Below are positions 1 to 9,171 of a stretch of DNA of 64,000 bases, piece after piece. Source of the DNA: Rhynchopus sp. YZ270_cl-10. Its lineage: Eukaryota. The translations under genes were made by a program, and so were the position numbers. The first letter of the stretch is position 1, and every line of letters begins with the position of its first letter. The stretch spans positions 372,001-436,000 of the forward strand of contig OZ037837.1 in assembly GCA_964035575.1 (NCBI GenBank). The letters run 5' to 3'. The notes beneath the pieces were generated by a model that worked only from the letters and a program-made list of their open reading frames with translations, did no database searches and was not told the origin of the DNA.

Positions 1-778
1 GTTCCAAATAAAATTGGCATCCAAATAATTTTTTGGCGGATTTTGGGGGATTGGGAGCAATGCGACAACTATTTTTATTTTTTGCCAAGGGTAAATTGCG
101 ATAACAAGTATACTTTTTTCAAAACGTAACAAAAAGTATACGTGCTATCGCAATTTGCCCTTTTGCCAAACATATTTGGGATACTGTAATCCATTTAGAG
201 TGACTCCCCATTTGATGAGCACTCAAAACCCACTTCCTCTCATCAATCAGATGAAACGGGAATGTTTGGACAGGGTAATAGGCTTGTGTGATAGTAGGTG
301 CCGGCGGGGGTGGGGGACAAAAGCTTGAAAGACGAAAGAGAGCCTCTTGTGAGCAAAAAATCTAAAAAAAATAATAAAAAACGATCTCTCCTTTTCTTGT
401 GCCTTTTACTAAAACAGAAGCTACAGACATATCGGAATGCGTTTTTATTTATTTTTCGGTCGAAAAAAAACTTGATAAATAATGAAAGATGAAGAGAATA
501 GCTGTATGGGAAGCCAAACCTCTTTTGTGCGTCAAAAAAAATAAAAAATAAAACGAGCAAAACTAATTTGGCTTTCCTTTTGGCTATTTTACAGCGACAA
601 TAGAACCCAATGTAGCCTGGTTGTGTTTCACAACCATCAAATGGGAAAATCACGGCATAAACACTGAGTAATTCGGGTATCGAATACAAACAGGAATTCC
701 CGGTTCCCCTGGTAGCAGAAGTACGAAAGAATTTGGGTTCCGATCACCACCCACAACCCACGCCTCCTTTTTCCACCA

Positions 779-3700
779 CTAATCCACACCCTCCATGAAC
801 GATACCCTACGGAGCGGCGCTCCTCTGCCTACGGGCGTTGTTTCCCTTCTTGCCACCACACCACCTCCACCACCACCTCCACTCCCACTAGCACTCCCCG
901 CATCACTCCTCCTCGGCGATGGCGGTGGGCTCACCCCCCCACCAGCACCATTTTCCGCATGCAGAAACGACGACGCAGCACTGCCACGCCGGACACGAGA
1001 CAGCCTCCGATCCTTGAACAGCTGAACACGGTCTGCTGCGGCTCGCCCCCTACCAACGTGCGGTGACAGGTCTGCGTACAGAGGCGTTAATACGCTGGTC
1101 GATTTGCCGCTAATGTCAGAGCCATGCAGAGAGAGGTCCGCTGCGTCCTCTTCGTATACTTGGTCATCGGGAGGGAGGAAGACGCTCAGCTCAGAGACGG
1201 AGGGGAAGAGGTGGGTGGAGGCGGGCAGTGCGGGGCTGAGGCCTGGCTTGCCGTCGCTGGAGCGTGGGCTGTTTCGTGTGCTGTGGCGTGGGCTGTTGTT
1301 GCATTCAATTTGCCAGGCCTCGTCGGAGGCAGCCCACTGTGCGTCCTGCAGGCGTGCCCTGCTGCGTGTGACAAAGACAACGCATTCGGTAAAGGCGTCC
1401 AGCACAGCCTTCCCCATCAGCACTGCAATCGCAATCCCAAACATCCCGTTCGCAAAGTCAAAGAACCACCCATCAGGGTCCTCCATATAGTACCCAGCTG
1501 AGGTAAGAAACAGCGCCACCGCCTGCAGCAGCAGAACAGCAGGGTCGATGATGTTGTCCCTGAAGCGGACGTGTGGTTTGAGGTACAGCTCGAGTGTGAA
1601 CATGATGAGGAATATGCACCCCCCCGCAAGACGCGCATGTCCGCACGCAACCATGTCCGGTGTCGCAAAGGCCTGTGTAGACGCAAGCGCAAAGCTTGCG
1701 GCAAACTCAATCACACTGAACCACACCGCCCCGGGACGGAAGCTGCGCATCACCGACGCGTAGCGGTACACCCAGTGGTATTCACGCTTCAGGCTCAGCC
1801 ACTCGCCACGCCCGGCAAAGTGTCGCCAGAACATTCCCCGGTGTGGGTCGACGTAGTACATGGCCACATTCCGCCCACCATCACTCAACGCACTGAAAAT
1901 TAGTGCAGGTGCAACCAGCGCGACAGTGACGGCCAAGACACCAAGCATCAAGTAGTCCACTTCGAAGAGAAGCATCAGACCCGCAAAGCTTGTGCCCTGG
2001 TACAGAACCTGGAAGGCAAAGAGCGGTATGGAAGGGAAGCGGATGACAGCAGCAACGTCCGATGCCATCTTGATGCAGTGGCCCGCCCTCTGCGCGCGTT
2101 TCGAGAAGAACAGAATAAGCCACCCCACCAGCGCCAGCACGAAGCAGATGGACAGGTTCCCCACGACGGCGCCTGCCGCAACAGACCCACCCAAGTGGAA
2201 GCGCAGGGGGTGCAGTGGCAGAGGCAGCTCCTTCTGCCCCGACAGCGTGCAGCGCTGCGAGACCAGCACCAGGCGTGTTGCCGCACCCGCGCTCGCACCC
2301 ATCGTCACCGTCGCAGCAATCGCAGCACCCTGCCCACCACCGCTGACCACAGGCGTGTCGGGTGTGTCGACCACGACACGTGCCGGTGCTGCTGTTTGGG
2401 GTGTTGCTGTCCCTCTTGCTGCCAGCAGTGGTGCTTCTGTCTCTGTTGCTGTCGCCGTCGCTGTCGCAGCTGCAGTTGCATCTGCAGCTGCAGTAGCAGT
2501 AGCAGGCTCTGTTGTGACGTCATCTACAGGTACAAGCGACGACAGCACAGACGGCGCAAACGTGCCCTGCACAGGCACCGTGCCTGGCACTGATGTTGCC
2601 CCTGCTGATGGCGCTGTTGTGTCCGGCACATCTGACGTGAACACTGGCACCTCTGTGTCACCTGGCACCGCCACTGGCGCCACAGTCTCTGGCACCTGCG
2701 TCGCTGGCACACTTGTGACTGGCGGGAGGGTCACTGGCGGAAGGGTGCGTGGCACAGGTGACGGTGGTGACAGTGTCGTGGGCACCTTCGTGGAAGGCGC
2801 AGGTGTACGTGGGGCTGCTGTTGCCGGCACATCTGTTGGCGGTGCAGGCGTGCGCGGGGCTGCTGTCGCTGGTACCTCTGTTAGCGGTGCAGGGGTAAGT
2901 GGAGCTGCTGTTGCTGGCGCATCTGTTGGCGGTACAGGTGTTGGGCCCTGCGTGGTTGGGGAAGGTGTCGGCTCTGCTGTGGGCGCTACGGTTGCAGGCG
3001 GATCCGTCAGTGGCGGGAGTGTTGCAGGTGGCAGTGTAGGCTCGGGGGTGGCAGGTGCCAAGGTGTCTGGAACTGTCGTAGGTGGCGCTAGTGTGGGCAC
3101 CAGTGTAGGTGGTGCAGGTGTCGGGGCAGCGGTGATGGGCATGTCCTCAAAGAACACGTACTTGAAGAACTGGATGCAGTCGCTCCCGTCGCAGTCACCA
3201 CGGAACATACCCGCAAGAAACGAGTTGTCAGGAACACTGCACATGCCGCCAGCCTGCATGCACTGACGCACGTCCAGGATGTGCGTGCCACCGCGCACCA
3301 GCCGCGTGGCACCAAAGTTAACAGGACAGCACTGTATCTGGATGAGTGCGTCCAGTGTGTCGTCCACACCGTTCCCCAGGTTCCTCCATCCCTTGATCAC
3401 GTGCTCGGGTGTCGTACACTGGATCCACTCCATGCGCTTCCCCTGAAACCCCTCCGCCCCTTTGTTCAGGAAATAGCAGCCCGCCTGCACGTTCACCTGG
3501 TCGAAGATCGGTGCCGCACAGTTCAAACGGCCTATTGAAGACAGCCCCGTCGAGGCAGGGTTGCGGTACATCCCAACCACTGCTTCGTGCGCAATGCAGT
3601 TGCAGCGCTCAGGTTCATCAATTGCAAAACACAAGCTTTTGTTTCTGTCGATGGGTGGTCCGTTCCACTGCGCAATCATCCCGGGGTCCACAGGGTCCGC

Positions 3701-4045
3701 AGTGATCGAGTACACAGAATACCGGTCACCAGCACCACAGAACTTCCCGACATCTGGGGCTGCACACGCCGTCGTGCACAGAGACGTATCCGGGTCCACA
3801 GCGCTCGTGCTCCCGAACGTGAACCCACACCAGCACTCCACTGCGAGTGTGCTCGCACCTGTCATCCCAATCACTGTGTACGGTGCGCCAGGTGTCGATG
3901 GATTACTGCAGTAGGCCGTGCAGTCTGTGGGGTTGTTCCCGAGGCCCTTCAGCACCATTTCGTTCCCAGCCGTTGTGAAGCACTCTTGTGCGTGCACCTG
4001 CAACATGCAAAGACACGCCGTTGCCAGCACGACACTGGCACGCAT
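779..4045 (-). CDS. Surface protein: signal peptide, WSC domain, Cys-rich three-repeat domain, Pro/Thr mucin stalk, multi-TM region (DGF-1 C-terminal-like), low-complexity tail
   Basis: 1088-aa ORF with hydrophobic N-terminus; WSC-type C..YC...ECWCG...CTTAC...CGAGDRYSVY; PAT/PPT stalk; about 8 hydrophobic segments after GGSVAAGAVVGN; paralogue at 39060-42260. Confidence 0.85.
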   Translation of the reverse strand: MRASVVLATACLCMLQVHAQECFTTAGNEMVLKGLGNNPTDCTAYCSNPSTPGAPYTVIGMTGASTLAVECWCGFTFGSTSAVDPDTSLCTTACAAPDVGKFCGAGDRYSVYSITADPVDPGMIAQWNGPPIDRNKSLCFAIDEPERCNCIAHEAVVGMYRNPASTGLSSIGRLNCAAPIFDQVNVQAGCYFLNKGAEGFQGKRMEWIQCTTPEHVIKGWRNLGNGVDDTLDALIQIQCCPVNFGATRLVRGGTHILDVRQCMQAGGMCSVPDNSFLAGMFRGDCDGSDCIQFFKYVFFEDMPITAAPTPAPPTLVPTLAPPTTVPDTLAPATPEPTLPPATLPPLTDPPATVAPTAEPTPSPTTQGPTPVPPTDAPATAAPLTPAPLTEVPATAAPRTPAPPTDVPATAAPRTPAPSTKVPTTLSPPSPVPRTLPPVTLPPVTSVPATQVPETVAPVAVPGDTEVPVFTSDVPDTTAPSAGATSVPGTVPVQGTFAPSVLSSLVPVDDVTTEPATATAAADATAAATATATATETEAPLLAARGTATPQTAAPARVVVDTPDTPVVSGGGQGAAIAATVTMGASAGAATRLVLVSQRCTLSGQKELPLPLHPLRFHLGGSVAAGAVVGNLSICFVLALVGWLILFFSKRAQRAGHCIKMASDVAAVIRFPSIPLFAFQVLYQGTSFAGLMLLFEVDYLMLGVLAVTVALVAPALIFSALSDGGRNVAMYYVDPHRGMFWRHFAGRGEWLSLKREYHWVYRYASVMRSFRPGAVWFSVIEFAASFALASTQAFATPDMVACGHARLAGGCIFLIMFTLELYLKPHVRFRDNIIDPAVLLLQAVALFLTSAGYYMEDPDGWFFDFANGMFGIAIAVLMGKAVLDAFTECVVFVTRSRARLQDAQWAASDEAWQIECNNSPRHSTRNSPRSSDGKPGLSPALPASTHLFPSVSELSVFLPPDDQVYEEDAADLSLHGSDISGKSTSVLTPLYADLSPHVGRGRAAADRVQLFKDRRLSRVRRGSAASSFLHAENGAGGGVSPPPSPRRSDAGSASGSGGGGGGGVVARRETTPVGRGAPLRRVSFMEGVD

Positions 4046-5436
4046 CCTGTCTGTGACCTTTTTGCAGTACCTTAGTGCTGGGCTCTCATGTTGTCAATTA
4101 TTGCTGAGGGTTGTGCAGGTGTGATGTGCGAGAGCGATAGTCTGGGGGTAAGTTCTCAGGATAACTGGAAAAAGGGCTTTTTTTTTTTTTTGAAAGAACT
4201 GAAAACAGCCAGAGTTCGTCAGGATTTACCTCCCTGCCCTGACCTCTGATGTACAATAAGCATACGTGCGCACCGACTGTTCCACCTTAAGCTGAAAAAC
4301 CACCGCATGTTTTATCTTGTTTGTTGCTTGTAAAAACAACAAATAAAAACACGATAAAAAGAAAACACTTGCAAGAAGAGCCGAAGCTTCTCTTTTATAG
4401 AAAAAGGGAACTGAAATTGCACCTTTTTTCTGGTTTCTTTCTTTTTTGAAAACTTGGTTGTATTAGTGTAGACACCCGAGGATGAACTCCACTAACTTTT
4501 CTGTTTTATTTAGCGTATTTTTCCTCGCGGATATAAGACAAAATAAAAGTAAACAAGTTGCCGAAAACCACAGCGATTTTGTAATTTGCAACAGCAACGA
4601 ACAAACGTGCAAAGAATAAAACATTTTTGTAAGATACACACATACCCCCTCTCTGTGTTTGTCTATCTTTAATACACAAAAGGTAATTGACTTTTTTTCG
4701 ATACTCTTTTTTATGCAGCGTTTAAAAGAAAAAGGAAAAATAAGTATTCCCGAGTACGCCTCAGCCACGCCCGAGCCAGAGGCCGACTCTGCTTCTGTTG
4801 TATTGTATGTATTACGGTGCACACTAACGCCTGGTCCGCCTAAGCCTCAGCCTGGTCCGCTAAGCATTGCAGGAGCAGGTAGTGTCCACCGTATCGGATC
4901 AAATGGCATCCATTGTGGGGGCGGACGAAGATTGAAACCGCACTCCTACTTTTCCTTTTTGTGTTTCCCCACCCCCAAAAACAATAAAACAATAAAGACA
5001 ATAAAGACAAAAGAGAGAGGTTGTGGTGAAACACACACACCTCGACCTGTCGGTGTGTGCGTTTCGTAAAAATTATGGTTGTGAAAAAAGGATGAATATA
5101 ATTACATCTTTTCCACAAGTGTACTGATCTTGTGGAGCTTCTTCGCACTCTGTTGCTGTTCAGCTAGTTTCCTTGTAAAAAAAAACGTGGGAGTGATGCC
5201 GAGCAAGAGTGGGGAGAAATTCAAAAACGTAAAAAAAAAAAAACCGTCTCACAAAAACTTACAGTTCATCGCTATATCACGGGTGTTGTCTTTATTGCGC
5301 GCGACTTGGGTGGACATTAGGTCCAACCTCATAACTAGACACACCCGTAGTATTTGTGACACACTGTATTTAACATTGAAGAAAAAAACCTACACCACCA
5401 CCAACTGCGAATCCATCCATCCTCCCCCTATATTGG

Positions 5437-8400
5437 TCAAACATGCTTCCCACCCTCACACCTATTCACATGCATCACACTATCCGGTACTCTACCCCCC
5501 AGCAGACAGCCCTCCTCCAACACTGAGACCGGGTCATCCGAAACAGCGAACAGCGTACCTGCCAGAGAAACTTCCAATGTAGGCCGCGTCACGAGCGTGG
5601 TAATCCGGGTGGCCATCCATGCACCAAGCGCCGCACCACGCGAAGCAACCGATAAACTTTGTCCAAGCGCCCTGGCTATGGTGTCCACATCACACCCCCC
5701 AGCCTTCACATGACCCGCAAAGAGCGAGCACAGAACGGTCTCGATACCGTCCACACTGTCCACTGTGATCTGCTCCAATTCGTACATCCACTCTGCAGCT
5801 GCCTGAGAAGCCTTCTTTACCTCCAGCACGACCTCGGTGCACATCGGCTCCCCCCTCCCACCACACCCCACCACATCCGCAAAGGGCGCATGAATGAAAT
5901 ACGATGACAACGACTTAAAACTTTGAAGCGTCGTCGTAGATACCAGCACCGGAGCTCCTGAGGACTGCGCAACCCTCGCAAGCACTTCCGCATCCTGCAC
6001 GACACCACCTAAGATATGAAACGTCCTCCCCGCCGTGGGGCCCAATAAACACACATTAGAAGTGGCAGACGCGACTCCACAGTGATACCCGACATTACCT
6101 AAGGTGGAGGCTGCGCGAAGTGCACTGAAAATGGCGGCTGAAAATGGGATACTCCCAACGGCACCCCAGGTTGCAATGAAACTGCTTTCGGTGACCCGGT
6201 GGACGCAGCCGCGGAGTGCCTCTACTTCGCGATAACAATGCGCAAGAAGTTCGGAGAAAACCCCGGCACCCCCGTCTGTCGTTACGACCGAGGCAGGACC
6301 AAGGGAGGCACGTACAGTAAGGGCAACGACTTTGCGGTAGCCGTTCATTTCATTGCTTAAATCGAGCGGCTGTGCGATGGAGGATCCCGCAGTGGAGGCT
6401 GTATCGCTTTGGGTATTGAGGTATCCCTGTCTCTGCCTCGGGCTGTGTTGAGGAGACCGAGATGCCGCAGCTGACGACAAATTACTGTTCTTCCTTCGGC
6501 GAGGGGAGCGAAGCGATGCCACGGAGGACGACACATTGCTGTTCTTCCGCTGTTGGATTCGGAGCTGAACCTCCTGGACCGTCGGGTCTTCTGCAGCAAA
6601 GTCGGGGAGGTTGTCCTTCTCACCGTTGTACCCCGCTCCTTTGCGTTCCCCTAGGGTTTGCAGCACTGCGGAAGGGAGATACGGCGTGAACTGCGCCAAA
6701 TTCTTCAATAAATCGCGAAACGCCAGAATCAGCGACTGTGGAAGCCCCGAATCCTGCCGCCCCTCTGCAGAACTGAGCAGCCTCTCAGCCTCTTCAGTAT
6801 CCAGCGCGACCAACGATGCGGCAATATCCTCCGCAAGCTCAATGTACTCTCGCACATCCTCCCCTTCTATATGCCCAATATAAAACTGCTTCATCTGCTG
6901 CATTGCTGCTGTAGAATGCGCTACAGTAAAAAACGCTTCTGTTGCATCCCCACCAAGACGTGACGCAATGGCCGCTTCTCCACCAGGATGGCGTGAAGGG
7001 AAGATGCCAAGATCGTACACTTTGCCCTCAAGGATAAGCCACGGATCTGCTAAAGTAGTGTGCGCGGAAACCTCCGCTAGGGTGTAGAGTGGTGTGGATG
7101 AGCACGGTTTGACGTCGTGATTGGAACGTTCTTGGAGTGTTTTGCTTCGTTGTTTTGTTGCTTCAAGGATGATGGTAAGAAGTACGCCAGAGATGGAGAT
7201 GGTGTAAAAGAAAGTGGAGACATCAGAGCAGTCGTCCTTTTCACATAGTTTCCGTAAGGTTTTTATTCCGGTAGCGCATTGCGCCACGACGCACAGAAGT
7301 GTCGCCGCCCCACAGCCCCGATGGATCAACCCGCGGATCCTCACGAAGCATTTCCCGACCCTCCGGAACACACCCAGCAACACCGTAGTAGAAAAAAAGC
7401 CGATGGTGGTATACCCCATCACTTTGTGCCCGGTTTTTGTGGTAATTCCAGAAGACGGTTCCTTAAATGCAAGCACGATACCTACTGCCATAAAGGTTCC
7501 CCCCAGTACAGCACAGACGATGTGAATGATAAAGCCTGGACCAAACGGATATATTGATGAGTTGGATATACGGAAGACAGGTTTTGAGTAGCGCTTTGCC
7601 AACACTGCGAGAATCATACTCGCAAGCGAGGCAATCATGAAGAAGGCATGACGTCGACGATGCAGATGCACATCACTTCTTTTCCCTGCCTCAGAATCCC
7701 CACTGATGAGGTTGACCGTCAACGCAACATTCTGCGAAGGCGCATGCTGTGCTAGCTCCAACGACTCCATATCCCGCGCGATAATTATTGCAATTTCATT
7801 TTCATTTAATCCCGTTAAATTCAATCTAAAATGCACCACCCTACGCCCATTATTCACCTCATAAAGGAAATTGTCAAACTCAGAAAGCACAGCAGGACGC
7901 ACTCCGGAAAGACTTCGCTCTGTGATCCGATATGATACTGTACCAACCGAAGACGATATCACAGCACGCCCAGGGGACATCGTATTTGGACTATCCGGAA
8001 ACCCGACCCCAAGCCAGCCCTGCCCCATCTCATCAACAAGCGCTAGGTCCGCTGCAACCAGAGAGGGCTGGTAGCTCCAATGGAGTGATACCCCTTGCAG
8101 CGCTGTCTCGACCCGACAGGAGTACGATACATTGTCGTTTTGAAGCGTGGAGGGTGCGCACCGCTGTGACTGCTGGGGAGAAAAGGGGCAGTCCGCATCC
8201 TCGGCAGAGTACTGAGGTAACCCATTCTGGACCAACTCCGCCCAGGCTAGGGTATATGCTTCTAGAAAGGCGCTGTTATTGCGTGCAAAGGTTTCGACAA
8301 CACTGCGGGTTTGTTCGTTATGAAGCAAAGCAAGATCGCTCGAGAGAACCGTTAACCCATGCGAAGTGAAGACAATATCCCCTGAGGTGTTTTTGTACTT

Positions 8401-9171
8401 GGTCCAGACCATGTTGAGAAGGTTCTGATAATATGTGTTGTCGAAGACGTCTGGGTCTGCTGTGAACATCCCTTCTGCACCTGAGTTGGCAAAGTACATT
8501 CCACCCAAAGCATGCCCGCCCATAGCCGCCACCACCTTCGAAATGAATCCGTCGGAGTAGCGACCATCTGATATCGTTGTGTCCTCCGACGCAAAATAAT
8601 TCGCAAATTTATGAAAAACGACGTCAAGCATAAGCGGAAAGGCGTCACTATCGTTAGCAACATTCTTCGGGGGAAGCCGGTTTGGCGCGCATTTTTGGGT
8701 CGATTCATGAAAATCGCGTCTACCTGGCGTGAAAGGGAGTTCATTCGAACCGCGAGATTCGTGCACAATGGCGGCAACAATTTGTGTCATATCCGCAAAG
8801 CTGACAAAGGGGAAGGTGGCGACCAGGGTTGCGATGTAAGAAATCGCCTTCGAGAGCCCGGCGTTCGCTCCGTCGAAGCGCTCGGGTGCCATTCGTATAC
8901 ATCCTCCGTTGGTTCCACCGGGGGGTTTGACAGCAGCGTTGAACGTCCCAGCGCTGTGCCACGCCAGCCGCACAAAGGTCGCACCCTGCACGTCATGCAC
9001 ATCACGGAAGTACGTCTCCAGCCGCCCACGCACACCCACCACAACCGGGGCGTACCTTGCAACGCACATCTCACGGTGTGCGGTGTTCGCCACTTCCGCA
9101 CATAGTTCCACTGCAGTGACGGCAACACAAAGCGAAAGGCACACTACACACACAACGCGAAGGGACAGCAT
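5437..9171 (-). CDS. Fusion: class I heme peroxidase (APX/CCP-like), DOMON, cytochrome b561, cytochrome b5, degenerate cyclase-like domain
   Basis: First ATG at 9171 gives signal peptide MLSLRVVCVVCLSLCVAVTA; RLAWHSAGT, SFAD, PGRRD, GGHALG, FDNTYY, SDLALL (peroxidase); WLGVGF..TM..QH (DOMON); four His in TM helices (b561); WLILEGKVYDL..HPGG..GGDATEAF..HS (b5). Confidence 0.88.
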   Translation of the reverse strand: MLSLRVVCVVCLSLCVAVTAVELCAEVANTAHREMCVARYAPVVVGVRGRLETYFRDVHDVQGATFVRLAWHSAGTFNAAVKPPGGTNGGCIRMAPERFDGANAGLSKAISYIATLVATFPFVSFADMTQIVAAIVHESRGSNELPFTPGRRDFHESTQKCAPNRLPPKNVANDSDAFPLMLDVVFHKFANYFASEDTTISDGRYSDGFISKVVAAMGGHALGGMYFANSGAEGMFTADPDVFDNTYYQNLLNMVWTKYKNTSGDIVFTSHGLTVLSSDLALLHNEQTRSVVETFARNNSAFLEAYTLAWAELVQNGLPQYSAEDADCPFSPQQSQRCAPSTLQNDNVSYSCRVETALQGVSLHWSYQPSLVAADLALVDEMGQGWLGVGFPDSPNTMSPGRAVISSSVGTVSYRITERSLSGVRPAVLSEFDNFLYEVNNGRRVVHFRLNLTGLNENEIAIIIARDMESLELAQHAPSQNVALTVNLISGDSEAGKRSDVHLHRRRHAFFMIASLASMILAVLAKRYSKPVFRISNSSIYPFGPGFIIHIVCAVLGGTFMAVGIVLAFKEPSSGITTKTGHKVMGYTTIGFFSTTVLLGVFRRVGKCFVRIRGLIHRGCGAATLLCVVAQCATGIKTLRKLCEKDDCSDVSTFFYTISISGVLLTIILEATKQRSKTLQERSNHDVKPCSSTPLYTLAEVSAHTTLADPWLILEGKVYDLGIFPSRHPGGEAAIASRLGGDATEAFFTVAHSTAAMQQMKQFYIGHIEGEDVREYIELAEDIAASLVALDTEEAERLLSSAEGRQDSGLPQSLILAFRDLLKNLAQFTPYLPSAVLQTLGERKGAGYNGEKDNLPDFAAEDPTVQEVQLRIQQRKNSNVSSSVASLRSPRRRKNSNLSSAAASRSPQHSPRQRQGYLNTQSDTASTAGSSIAQPLDLSNEMNGYRKVVALTVRASLGPASVVTTDGGAGVFSELLAHCYREVEALRGCVHRVTESSFIATWGAVGSIPFSAAIFSALRAASTLGNVGYHCGVASATSNVCLLGPTAGRTFHILGGVVQDAEVLARVAQSSGAPVLVSTTTLQSFKSLSSYFIHAPFADVVGCGGRGEPMCTEVVLEVKKASQAAAEWMYELEQITVDSVDGIETVLCSLFAGHVKAGGCDVDTIARALGQSLSVASRGAALGAWMATRITTLVTRPTLEVSLAGTLFAVSDDPVSVLEEGCLLGGRVPDSVMHVNRCEGGKHV

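Noticed and set aside
1992..3266. 424-aa plus-strand ORF and similar antisense ORFs (14895-15920, 30717-32180, 40609-41385)
   Set aside because: Antisense shadows of GC-rich or repetitive minus-strand genes; no motifs of their own
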